Shown here one piece after another: positions 17,738 through 27,700 of a DNA stretch of 43,467 bases; the first letter of the stretch is position 1, and each line of letters opens with the position of its first letter. A model generated the notes under the pieces. The model was not told the DNA's origin, did no database searches, and saw only the letters and a list, made by a program, of their open reading frames with translations. The position numbers and the translations under genes are program-made. The DNA lies in NCBI GenBank assembly GCA_018656655.1, contig JABHYW010000035.1, positions 1 to 43,467 of the forward strand. The letters are read 5' to 3'. The DNA is from Candidatus Komeilibacteria bacterium (lineage in GTDB: Bacteria; Patescibacteriota; Patescibacteriia; UBA1558; GWA2-36-10).

Positions 17738-18991
17738 TTAAGGTAGATAATTTAATGGATTAACTGGAATTCCATTAAGACGCACTTCTAAGTGAAGATG
17801 TGGCCCAGTAGAAAATGGTCCAGCTCCTCTAGTACCAGGCATACCGCCAGTAGAGCCAATAATATCTCCCTTTGATACAAATTGATCAGCTGAGACATTT
17901 ATTTGATTAACGTGACCATAGACAGTAGATAAACCATCAGCATGAACCAACATAATATAACTATAACCTGTGACGCCTCCATCTCTAGCTTTAGCTACAT
18001 AACCTGATTCGGCAGCCCTAAGAGCTGTACCTTGAGGAGTACCAATATCAATGGCGTTATGTTCAAAAATATACCTATAAGGATAATCTGGGTCATGGAA
18101 ATAAGCAGTTATACGTTGTGAAGGTACCGGCCACATAAGTCCATCGCTATCAATGTTGTCTAATTGCAATTGACGGTTTAGTTTTTCACGAGCAATTTTT
18201 TCTAGATAAACTATGTCACTATCAATTTGTCTTTGATCTTCTTTGGCTTGACGAAGTAATTCTTGATATTTATATTCTTGACCTTGAGTAGCAGCCATTA
18301 AATTAAACTTTGATATCTTCTGTCCGTCTAGGGTGCCTATTTTACCATCAAGAATATTTTTAAGAGTATCTAATTCATATTTTTCACTTTCAAGATCTCC
18401 TTTGTCATTATTTAAAGCTAATTTTATTTCTCCAAGACTAGCTACTCCCTCAAAAAGGTTGTCTTGCATGGACTCTAATCTATTTAGATCAGCCATGAAA
18501 TCACTAAAATTGTCATTGAGAATTAAAATTTCTAAAAGACTAGATTTTTGTTGTTGTCTATGTAGAGATCTGATTACTTCGGCTAGAATATCTTTTTGAT
18601 CGCCTATCTCATTTTCCTTAGCATCTATTTTTAATTCAGTGTTTTCTATTTTTAGATCAAGAGTTTCAATCTCTAATCCAGCTGCTTCAATCTCTAAATT
18701 AATTTTAGCAATACTTTCATTAAGAGTGCTTACCTGATTAGAAAGGCTACTTAGTTCATTTTGTTTGGCATAAATATTCTTTTGATAAATACCAATTTGT
18801 CTATGTAATTCTTGAATTTCTGACCTTTTATCGTTAATATCTTGATTTATTTGCCATGTTTCTATAGTTTCCAAGCTATCTAGCTTATATTCTACAGCTG
18901 AGCTAATTTTTGGTAATAAAATAAAACCAAGCAGTGCTATGGTTAATATACTGGATAATATTCTAATAGTTTTTATTTTTGTTTGTAGCAT
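17738..18991 (-). CDS. M23-family (LytM/EnvC-like) peptidoglycan endopeptidase with N-terminal coiled coil
   Basis: Signal/TM segment and a long coiled coil. HNAIDIG (HxxxD) and GPHLHLEVR (HxH) metal-binding motifs. Confidence 0.9.
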   Translation of the reverse strand: MLQTKIKTIRILSSILTIALLGFILLPKISSAVEYKLDSLETIETWQINQDINDKRSEIQELHRQIGIYQKNIYAKQNELSSLSNQVSTLNESIAKINLEIEAAGLEIETLDLKIENTELKIDAKENEIGDQKDILAEVIRSLHRQQQKSSLLEILILNDNFSDFMADLNRLESMQDNLFEGVASLGEIKLALNNDKGDLESEKYELDTLKNILDGKIGTLDGQKISKFNLMAATQGQEYKYQELLRQAKEDQRQIDSDIVYLEKIAREKLNRQLQLDNIDSDGLMWPVPSQRITAYFHDPDYPYRYIFEHNAIDIGTPQGTALRAAESGYVAKARDGGVTGYSYIMLVHADGLSTVYGHVNQINVSADQFVSKGDIIGSTGGMPGTRGAGPFSTGPHLHLEVRLNGIPVNPLNYLP

Positions 18992-19045
18992 GGTTTCTTA
19001 AATATAACTATATTATAGCATATTTGTAGTATATTGGCAATAAAC

Positions 19046-20473
19046 TTAAGCTAATTTCTTAATAGCTTTTTTTACTCTAGTTAAAGCCTCTTCCTTTCCA
19101 AGAAATTCTAATAATTCTGCTGGAGATGGACTCTGTTCTAAGCCAGAACAGGCTACTCTTAGTGGCCAGAAAATATCACCGGGACTTAATTTTCTTTTTT
19201 CAATAATATCTTTAATTGAAGTATTGATAGTATCTTGATTCCATTCGCTGTGGTGAATTTTTCCTAGAGTACCTAAAGCTAAATTGATAGCTTCTTTAGT
19301 TTTAGCTAGATCTGATTTTTTAAAAATTAGCATTTTTTTATCATAATCTGGTAAATCAAATAAAAATTTACTATCTTCACCCAACTGAGACAAATTGTCT
19401 ATTCGGCTACCAAATAATCGTAGTACTTTTTTAGCTTGATGGGAATTTTTACCCAGAAAGCTTTCGGCATTGCTTATTAATTGGTCGAATCTTTTATCAT
19501 TTTGAATTATAATTTTACGAATATACTCAGCGTTAAACCAATTGAGTTTTGTTACATCAAAAACAGCTCCAGCTTTATTTATTTTTTCTAAAGAAAATTC
19601 TTTTATTAAATCATCAAGCATAAAAAATTCTTTGTTGTTACCTGGATTCCAACCTAGTAGAGCTACATAATTTAAAAGAGCTTCAATTAAATAACCTTTT
19701 TTAAGATAGTCTTCTACAGCAACATCGCCCTGCCTTTTAGATAATTTTGATTTGTCAGGATTTAATAATAATGGCAAGTGAACAAAAGTAGGTAAGGCAT
19801 ATTTTAAAGCTTCATAGATTAGGATGTGTTTTGGCAAAGATGGCATCCATTCCTCTCCTCTAATAACATGACTAATACGCATATCATGATCATCCACTAC
19901 ACTTGCTAAATGATAAGTTGGAAATTTATTTGATTTTAATATTACAAAGTCATCGAGGTCTTGGCCCTTGATAGAAATTTTTCCATAAACTGCATCTTGC
20001 CCAACTATAATTTCATTGTCAGGAATTTTGAAGCGGACAACAAATTTTTGACCAGCTACTATTTTTTTATCAATTTCTTCTTTAGATAAGTTTAAACAAT
20101 GTCGATCATATTTTGGAACTTGTTTATTTTTTTGCTGTTTGGTTCTCATTTCGTCTAATCTTTCAGGAGAGCAGAAGCATCTATAGGCATTATTATTGTC
20201 TATTAATTTATCACTAGCTTTTTGGTATAAGGCCAGACGATCAGATTGATGTTTTATGGCTACATCAGAATTAATACCTAGCTTAGCCAAAGTATCTATT
20301 AGTTCTTGATCAGCATTAGCTATCAATCTGGCTCTATCGGTGTCCTCTATTCTAATTATAAATTCCCCTTTATTTTTTTTTGCCCAAAGATAAGAGAATA
20401 GCGCAGTACGTAAACCGCCTATATGTAAGTATCCAGTTGGACTGGGTGCAAATCTAGTTCTTATTTTTTGCAT
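19046..20473 (-). CDS. gltX: Glutamyl-tRNA synthetase
   Basis: PSPTGYLHIGGLRTAL (HIGH motif) and KLSKR (KMSKS motif). Confidence 0.95.
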   Translation of the reverse strand: MQKIRTRFAPSPTGYLHIGGLRTALFSYLWAKKNKGEFIIRIEDTDRARLIANADQELIDTLAKLGINSDVAIKHQSDRLALYQKASDKLIDNNNAYRCFCSPERLDEMRTKQQKNKQVPKYDRHCLNLSKEEIDKKIVAGQKFVVRFKIPDNEIIVGQDAVYGKISIKGQDLDDFVILKSNKFPTYHLASVVDDHDMRISHVIRGEEWMPSLPKHILIYEALKYALPTFVHLPLLLNPDKSKLSKRQGDVAVEDYLKKGYLIEALLNYVALLGWNPGNNKEFFMLDDLIKEFSLEKINKAGAVFDVTKLNWFNAEYIRKIIIQNDKRFDQLISNAESFLGKNSHQAKKVLRLFGSRIDNLSQLGEDSKFLFDLPDYDKKMLIFKKSDLAKTKEAINLALGTLGKIHHSEWNQDTINTSIKDIIEKRKLSPGDIFWPLRVACSGLEQSPSPAELLEFLGKEEALTRVKKAIKKLA

Positions 20474-21203
20474 GTGTTTTCTTATTTTTTCGTTTATCTT
20501 TATATATTAACCAAGAAAATTGGATAACAGCTTTATTTATGCGTAATAGTCTATTTGGCTGTATTAATAGACGCCAAAGCCATTCTAGGCCAAAACTACG
20601 AGCAAATTTTGGTGCCCTCTTTATTTTACCAGACATGAAGTCAAATGTCCCGCCTACTCCAGCTGCTATTTTAACATTAGGAATTTGATTTAAATGTTCC
20701 GATATCCATATATCTTGTCTGGGTGCTCCAAAACCAACTAATATAATTTCAGGAGCAAATAATTTAGCTTTTTCTAAAGCCGTATTTTCGTCTGCTACCT
20801 GAAAATCCAAAGAAGGATATTTACTTTTAATGCTCATAAAAAATTTATCGGCCTTGGTCATTCCCTTGCTATAGAGACAAAACAGTATTTTTAAATCTCT
20901 GTTAACTGCTTTATCAATTAATATTTGAGCTAATTGGACTCCAGTAATTCTATCATCAAGGGAAACCTTATGTCCCATATATTGCAAAGCCTTAATAACA
21001 CCAGTACCATCAATTAGAGAAATACTAGATTGATTAATAGAATCTAGGAATTTTTTATTTTTTTGACTACTAATTATAAATTCAGGATTAACAGTGGCTA
21101 TCTGATGTGCTTTGTCAGAATTTAAAAACTCAAGCAATTTATTTTTTAAAATATGCTCGGCTATTACATTTACTTTTACTCCTAAGATATTATATTCTGT
21201 CAT
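20454..21203 (-). CDS. WecB/TagA/CpsF-family glycosyltransferase
   Basis: Motifs GFGAPRQDIWI, GVGGTFDF, and a GLEWLWRL C-terminal region. Confidence 0.85.
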   Translation of the reverse strand: MTEYNILGVKVNVIAEHILKNKLLEFLNSDKAHQIATVNPEFIISSQKNKKFLDSINQSSISLIDGTGVIKALQYMGHKVSLDDRITGVQLAQILIDKAVNRDLKILFCLYSKGMTKADKFFMSIKSKYPSLDFQVADENTALEKAKLFAPEIILVGFGAPRQDIWISEHLNQIPNVKIAAGVGGTFDFMSGKIKRAPKFARSFGLEWLWRLLIQPNRLLRINKAVIQFSWLIYKDKRKNKKTHAKNKN

Positions 21204-21751
21204 AAATCAAAACTTTGTAAGCTAGTAAATTCTGGACCCGTTTTAGTTAATTCGCTTTCTATAAGTTCAAAGTATGATGCAAAAAATGATCTTTGTATTG
21301 ACCAGTCTTTAAAATTTTTAAATTCATCAAAATCAGCGGCTTGTTTTACTCTGGCCAGGGTAAGATGCGTAGAAAATCTACGGACTTCTTTATGAGCTAA
21401 GCCATCGTCAAATAAAACTTGCTCTATTTCATCATATAAGTTTTGCAATAGTTTATTTTCTTTTACATTCAAAACTAATACTTTTGGTTGACGTTCATTA
21501 AAAATTTTAGTTTGATCAATATTAATTTCCAAATCTTTTATATCTAAATCTAGCTTATCGAGACTATCTATAATATCTGGAATTTTGTCTATTGGTATTT
21601 TACCTAAAAATTTTAAAGTTAAATAAATTTGATCAGGGCTGACTTTTTTTATTTTTTCCCAAGGCAAATTTAGAGCCTCAAATTTTTTAAATAAGTCTCT
21701 AGCAATAGCCTGATCAACTGGCAGTGATATAAATAATTTTTTCATTTCCAT
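21200..21751 (-). CDS. 2H-phosphoesterase (LigT/ThpR-like 2'-5' RNA ligase family), first HxT motif degenerate
   Basis: The second motif, HLTLARV, is intact. The first reads YLTLKFLG rather than HxTLxFLG. Confidence 0.7.
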   Translation of the reverse strand: MEMKKLFISLPVDQAIARDLFKKFEALNLPWEKIKKVSPDQIYLTLKFLGKIPIDKIPDIIDSLDKLDLDIKDLEINIDQTKIFNERQPKVLVLNVKENKLLQNLYDEIEQVLFDDGLAHKEVRRFSTHLTLARVKQAADFDEFKNFKDWSIQRSFFASYFELIESELTKTGPEFTSLQSFDL

Positions 21752-21852
21752 GGTATGATTTTATCTTAAATATGCTTAAAAATCAATGGTAAAAATACGT
21801 GAATTTTGTTATAATATATAGACTAAAAATAAAATAATAATTTTAAATTTAT

Positions 21853-23343
21853 ATGCCCAATTTTTATAGGAAGAAAATAGCGACTTTAACTTTATTGGCA
21901 ATACTTATCCCCAACTTAGTTTTTGGAGCAGAGGTAGATTATGACAAGATAATATCTGATTCAGACGCAAACAATTACCAATCTATGACAATGTTTGAAA
22001 TTAGAGATTTTTTAAGTTCACAAAATTCATACCTAAAAGATTATACATATAGTGGAAATAACCCCTCTCCTACTCAAGTAGCCTCAGGTCCTGATAAAAA
22101 GTATATTCAGACTAGAACTGCCGCTACTATAATATATAATGCTGCTCAAGAAGCCAGAATAAACCCGCAGTTTCTATTAACTTTACTTCAAAAAGAACAA
22201 GGCTTAATAGAAAAATCTAATCCATCTGATCGAGCTCTTAATTTTGCCATGGGATACTATTGTTATGATGGGAATTATTGTAATGTTAAATATAAAGGTT
22301 TTGGTAAACAAGTTAGAGGTGCGGCTTTGCAATTCAGATGGTATCTAGATAACATTTATAGTTATAATTGGCAACCAAATAAACCAGCTTGTGCTGATGA
22401 CCCGAATACCTTATTACCTTGTACTTCTAGGGGTACTGTAGTTACTCCAGCTAATAATATTACAGCTGCTATGTATATTTACACTCCACACCTTCATGGT
22501 AATAAATTATTTTTTACTCTGTGGAATAAATATGGTTTTGGTGGTTTGATTGATGAGGGAGATGATATACCAATTGCTAGTCTAGGATTTTTACCTGATG
22601 GAGCTTTAGTAAAGGCCAAAGATGGTGAAGAAGGAACAATTTATTTAATAGCTAATGGTCAAAAGAGAGCTTTTTCTAATATGACCTCTTTAATATCAAG
22701 ATTTAATCCAGACAAAGTATTATCTATAGAACAAGAAGAGCTTGATAAATATGATGACGGTTCATTAATTGCTCACGCTAACTACTCGCTTCTAGAAGGC
22801 TCAGGTGGTAATAAGTATTTAATTGATGGATTGTTTAAAAGATTAATAGTTTCTGATGAAGCTTTTAGACAGTTAGGATTTAATCCTTTAGAACTTGAAG
22901 AGGCTAGCTTCTCTGAATTAGCTGCCTATGCAGATGGTGAAGATTTAAGTGGCTCCTCTACTCCTTTTGCTGAGTTGTGGCAAGATATAGATACAGCAGG
23001 AATTTATTTAGTTAAAGATGCTAAAAAACATAGAGTTATAGATCAATTTATAATTGATGTTAATTTTGCTGATATGGAGCTTAGAGAAGTAACTAGTAAA
23101 ACATTAATTGACTTAACTAGTGATTCTCCAATTAAATTAGTTGACGGTACTTTAATCAAAAAAGATTTAGATGCCAGAGTTTATGTAATATCTAATGGCG
23201 AACGTCGTTTGATTCCTGACGGCGCTACCTTTAATAAACTAGGTTATGCTTGGACTCAAATTTATACAGTGTCTAATAAAATATTAAATTTTCATAAACT
23301 AGGAACAGTTATAATAAGCCAAGAATTTACCCCTGTTAAATAA
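21853..23343 (+). CDS. Secreted protein: putative glycosidase-like N-domain plus four roughly 57-aa C-terminal repeats
   Basis: Signal peptide. The segment INPQFLLTLLQKEQGLIE resembles muramidase/glucosaminidase active-site regions. Four repeats are centred on IYLIANGQKRAF, KYLIDGLFKRLI, IYLVKDAKKHRVI and VYVISNGERRLI. Confidence 0.55.
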   Translation: MPNFYRKKIATLTLLAILIPNLVFGAEVDYDKIISDSDANNYQSMTMFEIRDFLSSQNSYLKDYTYSGNNPSPTQVASGPDKKYIQTRTAATIIYNAAQEARINPQFLLTLLQKEQGLIEKSNPSDRALNFAMGYYCYDGNYCNVKYKGFGKQVRGAALQFRWYLDNIYSYNWQPNKPACADDPNTLLPCTSRGTVVTPANNITAAMYIYTPHLHGNKLFFTLWNKYGFGGLIDEGDDIPIASLGFLPDGALVKAKDGEEGTIYLIANGQKRAFSNMTSLISRFNPDKVLSIEQEELDKYDDGSLIAHANYSLLEGSGGNKYLIDGLFKRLIVSDEAFRQLGFNPLELEEASFSELAAYADGEDLSGSSTPFAELWQDIDTAGIYLVKDAKKHRVIDQFIIDVNFADMELREVTSKTLIDLTSDSPIKLVDGTLIKKDLDARVYVISNGERRLIPDGATFNKLGYAWTQIYTVSNKILNFHKLGTVIISQEFTPVK

Positions 23344-23425
23344 ATTTAATTAATTAGGCATAGGTAACTTCAATTAATATCATAAATAGTCAGATATAGA
23401 TTTTATAATTAATAGCATTAAATTT

Positions 23426-23450
23426 AATATTTGAGCTTAACTCAAATATT
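23426..23450 (+). terminator. Perfect 10-bp hairpin after the secreted-protein gene
   Basis: aatatttgag-cttaa-ctcaaatatt followed by AT-rich sequence. The T-tract is weak. Confidence 0.4.
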
Positions 23451-23468
23451 ATTTAACGGGATAAATAT

Positions 23469-24257
23469 ATGATTACTTTTGCTAGCTTTGTTCCTCACTC
23501 ACCGATTTTAATTCCAGAGGTAGGCAAAGAAAATTTAGCCAAATTAAAAGAAACTATTGAAGCCTATAAGGATTTAGAGCATGCTTTGTATTCTTCTAAA
23601 CCAGATTTAGTAATTGTTATTTCTCCGCATACTAATAAAGGTGCTGAATTTTTTACGATCAACCAACAGCCAAAATTAAAACTTAATTTTAAAAATTTTG
23701 GAGATTTAGTAACTAAGTTGGAATTTGATAATGATATTGGTTTGGGTTATCAAATAAAAGAGTCTTGCGAGGATTATTTTCCAATCATGTTAACTTCTAA
23801 TAAAGAATTAGATTATGGTACTGGTGTGCCACTCCTCTATCTAATGGAGCATCTGCCAAATACCAAAATTATTAGCATTGGTTATGCAGATTTACCTTAT
23901 CAAGATCATATAAAATTTGGTGAATTAATTCGTAAGCAAATTAATTTAGCTGATAAACGTGTGGCTATTATAGCTTCAGGAGATCTTTCTCATAAATTAC
24001 ACAAAGATTCCCCAGCTGGTTATTCAGATCGTGCTCAAGAATTTGATCAAACAATTATAAAGTTACTTAATAATAATCAAATTGATGATATTATAAATAT
24101 AGATAAAAAATTAGTAAGCGAAGCTGGCGAATGCGGATTACGTTCCTTATTAATACTATTAGGTGCTATTAAAGAAATGAATTATCAGCCTGAAAAATTA
24201 AGTTATCAAGCACCTTTTGGCATAGGTTATTTAGTAGAAAATTTTGAAATAAAATAA
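23469..24257 (+). CDS. Class III extradiol dioxygenase-like (LigB/MEMO superfamily) protein
   Basis: The N-terminal FVPHSPILIP and later SGDLSHKL motifs resemble LigB-subunit-like proteins. Recognition is at family level only. Confidence 0.5.
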   Translation: MITFASFVPHSPILIPEVGKENLAKLKETIEAYKDLEHALYSSKPDLVIVISPHTNKGAEFFTINQQPKLKLNFKNFGDLVTKLEFDNDIGLGYQIKESCEDYFPIMLTSNKELDYGTGVPLLYLMEHLPNTKIISIGYADLPYQDHIKFGELIRKQINLADKRVAIIASGDLSHKLHKDSPAGYSDRAQEFDQTIIKLLNNNQIDDIINIDKKLVSEAGECGLRSLLILLGAIKEMNYQPEKLSYQAPFGIGYLVENFEIK

Positions 24258-24265
24258 ATAATTTT

Positions 24266-24292
24266 AAAAAGCTCCTATTCGGAGCTTTTTTT
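24266..24292. terminator. Bidirectional terminator
   Basis: A5-agctcc-tattc-ggagct-T7. It overlaps the last codons of the minus-strand ORF 24275..24547. Confidence 0.7.
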
Positions 24293-24547
24293 ATACTCAG
24301 CTATTAATTTGAAAAAATATCGCCATCGACCAGCCCCTTGGGCCAACTCTTTAGTGTCATCTAGGCATTTTTCTACATAATTTTTATCATAGTCTTTGCA
24401 AATTTTAAATACAGAATTTTTCTTAGATTGGGGAATGTCTAGTTCTTTTATAATAAATAAAGCAAAATCTTGCCACTGATAAGCAGTGGTTCTTTTTTTA
24501 GGTGCTTCTTTCTTCTTCTTTTTGAATATATCAGCTATTTGTTGCAT
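24275..24547 (-). CDS. Hypothetical protein (90 aa, lysine-rich N-terminus)
   Basis: An ORF that does not overlap other genes. No family recognised. Confidence 0.45.
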   Translation of the reverse strand: MQQIADIFKKKKKEAPKKRTTAYQWQDFALFIIKELDIPQSKKNSVFKICKDYDKNYVEKCLDDTKELAQGAGRWRYFFKLIAEYKKSSE

Positions 24548-24597
24548 ATTTGTATATTAACAAAAAAATAGACTTTAGTCATTAATTAGCCCTTACA

Positions 24598-24626
24598 TTG
24601 ACAAAACATATAATATATAGTATATT
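24598..24626 (+). promoter_or_regulatory. Candidate promoter of def-fmt
   Basis: TTGACA, 17 nt spacer, TATATT. Confidence 0.5.
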
Positions 24627-24686
24627 AAGCTGTTTTGAAAAAGGTGGTCTATCGCCATAATTATCAAAATATAGTATATTATACAT

Positions 24687-25187
24687 ATGTTTAAGATAGC
24701 TAAATATCCAAATCCAGTACTTAGAAAAACCGCTAAATTAGTTGGTGATTTTAATGATGATTTAAAAAAGCTAGCTGACAATATGGCTAAAGTAATGTAT
24801 GAAGATGATGGTATAGGTTTAGCTGCCCCTCAGGTAAGTAAAAGTCTCAGATTAATAGTTGTTGGCTTGGGTTATGGCGAATATAAAACTTACGTTAATC
24901 CAGACATTACATTTTTTTCTAAAGAAAAAACAACTACCGACGAGGGCTGTTTATCATTACCAAAAATCTTTGCTAATGTAATTAGACCAAAGAAAATTCA
25001 TATAAAGTATTACAATCTTGATGGTGAGCTACAAAAAGAAAAGTTAAAAGGTATGGACGCTGTGATATTACAACATGAAGTTGACCATCTCAATGGTATA
25101 TTATTTATTGATAGAGCTGAAAAAATAAACCAAGGTCAAGAAATACTAGATTCTCTAAAAAAACAACTTGATGACAAAGCAAAATAA
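24687..25187 (+). CDS. def: Peptide deformylase
   Basis: Motifs GIGLAAPQV, EGCLS and HEVDHL. Confidence 0.95.
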   Translation: MFKIAKYPNPVLRKTAKLVGDFNDDLKKLADNMAKVMYEDDGIGLAAPQVSKSLRLIVVGLGYGEYKTYVNPDITFFSKEKTTTDEGCLSLPKIFANVIRPKKIHIKYYNLDGELQKEKLKGMDAVILQHEVDHLNGILFIDRAEKINQGQEILDSLKKQLDDKAK

Positions 25188-26121
25188 CACCACGACTTCG
25201 CTCAGTGCAAGAATTATATTTTGGGGTACGCCTGAATTTGCAGTACCTTCTTTAGATACTTTAAATAAATTGGATTTAGTATCTTTGGTTGTGACTCAGC
25301 CTGATAGACCAGCTGGCCGTGGTAAAAAATTATTAGCTAGTCCAATTAAAGAGTATGCCACTGAAAATAATATTGATATTCTAGAGCCTCAAAATTTGGA
25401 TGATCATTTTATAAATGAGCTGAAAAAATACCTACCAGCCACTTTTGTAGTAGTGGCCTATGGTAAGATAATTCCACAAGAAATCTTAGATTTATCTGAA
25501 TTAAAAGCTATTAATATTCATCCATCAATGTTACCAATATTACGTGGCCCATCCCCTTCACAAAGCGCTCTTTTAAAGGGTTTTCAGTCTACAGGAGTAT
25601 CTTTAATGCAATTAGACAAAAAGATGGACCATGGTCCAATTTTAAGCCAAATAGAGGTAAAAATAGAGCCAAATGAAGACTATATTGACTTGTCTGAGCG
25701 ATTATCTAAGATTGGAGCAGATATTATTAATAAACATATATTAGATTATCTAAATAACAAGATTACTCCTCTACCCCAAGATGATGAGCAGGCTAGTTTT
25801 TGCAAAATGATAAAAAAAGAAGATGGATTAATTGATTGGCAAAAATCTGCACAAGACATTCATAATAAAGTTCGTGCTTTTCGTTTATGGCCAGGGGCTT
25901 ATACTAAGTTAGATAATTTAGACATTAAAATTTTAAAAAGTGAGGTAGTTGAGGAAAATCTTAAACCTGGAGAAATTAAATTTGATAAAAATAATCTTAT
26001 AGTTGGCACTGCTGACCAGTCTTTAAAAATATTAGAATTGCAAGTAGCTGGTAAAAAAGCTATGAGTGTTCAAGATTTTATACGAGGTTATAATAGGTAT
26101 TTAGATAAAACTTTCCAATAA
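25171..26121 (+). CDS. fmt: Methionyl-tRNA formyltransferase
   Basis: Motifs FWGTPEFAV and HPSMLPILRGPSP. ATG 25171 is preferred over the TTG at 25168. Confidence 0.92.
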   Translation: MTKQNNTTTSLSARIIFWGTPEFAVPSLDTLNKLDLVSLVVTQPDRPAGRGKKLLASPIKEYATENNIDILEPQNLDDHFINELKKYLPATFVVVAYGKIIPQEILDLSELKAINIHPSMLPILRGPSPSQSALLKGFQSTGVSLMQLDKKMDHGPILSQIEVKIEPNEDYIDLSERLSKIGADIINKHILDYLNNKITPLPQDDEQASFCKMIKKEDGLIDWQKSAQDIHNKVRAFRLWPGAYTKLDNLDIKILKSEVVEENLKPGEIKFDKNNLIVGTADQSLKILELQVAGKKAMSVQDFIRGYNRYLDKTFQ

Positions 26122-26156
26122 AAAAAGACTCTAGTTTATCTAAAGTCTTTTTTGTT
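26121..26156. terminator. Bidirectional terminator between fmt and the minus-strand GT2 gene
   Basis: A-run, aagact-(13 nt)-agtctt, then a T-run. Confidence 0.65.
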
Positions 26157-26161
26157 TTAAA

Positions 26162-27700
26162 TTATTTTTTCTTTTCGGTAACCCAAAAGCCTAAATATTT
26201 ACCAAGCATTAATCTTGTTTGAGCGTCTATAGCTGGTATAGAGCCAAATATTATCATAGTCACAGGGAATATAATCCACTGTAGTAGCATTAGTAAATAT
26301 CTTAATGGTTTGGTTATTTTTAAACCTCTTTGTTTTGGTGGTATTGGCGGTAAGATAAATACGCTCATTAAGGCAATTAAAATCATACCTACCATTCCTG
26401 AACGCATTAAATTCTCTAACATTAAAGGTGCATTTTGAGTTAGAACACTAGTTAGACCTTGTTTTTCAGCTAAGTATAGAGGCAAATAACCCATAATAAA
26501 TATTAACATTGGTGCGGTAGCCCAAGTGTAGACACCTTCCGTTTGATTCCAAGTATAAATAAATTTTTTACTAGTGGGCATTTTTTTATTTTTAGCAAAT
26601 TGCCAAACCATATAGGGAAAATGCTCAACTCCATAAGCCCAACGACGCATTTGTTTATATTGATTTACTAAGCTACGCCAAATACCGCCAACATAGACAG
26701 TGTTCATAGATACTGGAATATGCATTGGCTCAACTCTATAATCACCATCATAATGTATTAGACATTGTAAAAATATACGCGAATCTTCAGTTACTATATT
26801 ATTTTGCCAAAAACCAATATCTACCAGTGCTTGCCAACTCATTGAATGTGAAGAAAAAGTAAATAATCTTTCTGGACGAGATAAGTCAGTTAATAGCCAA
26901 AAGGTAGTGCCATTAGCTACTACTCTGGTTATTGGATCAGATTCCCAAATATTATTATGATAAAAAGCCATTGGTTGAAAAGAAGCTCGATATGGATTTT
27001 TGTGAGAAATAAATTTGTGAGTCAAATAAGCAAAATAATCAGGGTGAGAAATTGTATCTACATCAAAGGTAGAGACAATTAATTTTTTATAATCAAAACC
27101 TTGTTCATCAATATATTTTTTAATTTCATAGCCAGCGTGATAAAGATTAGACCCCTTGCCTTTAATTTCGCCTTCTAGGTTATCAGGATGAAGAGTGATA
27201 ACTATTTTATGAAAAATATTTTGATATTTTTCTTTTATTTTATTAGCTATAGGAGTAAATTGTTCTTCATAACGACCTTCTCCAGCTAAAACTATTATTA
27301 ATTTTTTTTGATCATACTTAGTTTTTTTAGCTAAATTATCAAAAGTAGTATCAACTACTTCAAATGGTTCTCCAGCGGTTGGTAAAAACACGACATGATA
27401 ATATTCGCGCCAATGTTTATTATGAGTATGAATTAAAAATTTCCACCAATCTACTTTGGTAGTTTGTCTATATTTATGCCAAGAAAGTAACAAAAATATA
27501 AGCATGTAAGTAATGCGTAGGACAAAATAGACATCAAAAACTATAACAAAATATATACCGTGTAAGGGTGAGATGAAAGATAAGGCAATAACAGTAATAA
27601 AAGTTAGCCAAACCATCATGCCAGGTATTATTTCTAGACTTCTATATTTATAATAGTTTTTATATTCTTGTTGCATTTTTTTATAAAGTATATTGATCAC
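26162..27700 (-). CDS. Membrane-embedded processive family-2 glycosyltransferase (cellulose/chitin/hyaluronan-synthase-like)
   Basis: TM segments lie at both ends. The cytoplasmic domain carries FDVDT, TEDSRIF (TED) and QMRRWAYG (QxxRW). Confidence 0.75.
   Translation of the reverse strand: MINILYKKMQQEYKNYYKYRSLEIIPGMMVWLTFITVIALSFISPLHGIYFVIVFDVYFVLRITYMLIFLLLSWHKYRQTTKVDWWKFLIHTHNKHWREYYHVVFLPTAGEPFEVVDTTFDNLAKKTKYDQKKLIIVLAGEGRYEEQFTPIANKIKEKYQNIFHKIVITLHPDNLEGEIKGKGSNLYHAGYEIKKYIDEQGFDYKKLIVSTFDVDTISHPDYFAYLTHKFISHKNPYRASFQPMAFYHNNIWESDPITRVVANGTTFWLLTDLSRPERLFTFSSHSMSWQALVDIGFWQNNIVTEDSRIFLQCLIHYDGDYRVEPMHIPVSMNTVYVGGIWRSLVNQYKQMRRWAYGVEHFPYMVWQFAKNKKMPTSKKFIYTWNQTEGVYTWATAPMLIFIMGYLPLYLAEKQGLTSVLTQNAPLMLENLMRSGMVGMILIALMSVFILPPIPPKQRGLKITKPLRYLLMLLQWIIFPVTMIIFGSIPAIDAQTRLMLGKYLGFWVTEKKK

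Noticed and set aside
24593-24781. A 62-aa minus-strand ORF overlapping the def promoter and 5' end.
   Set aside because: It overlaps the well-supported def start and its TTGACA-17-TATATT promoter. It is an AT-rich, hydrophobic artefact.
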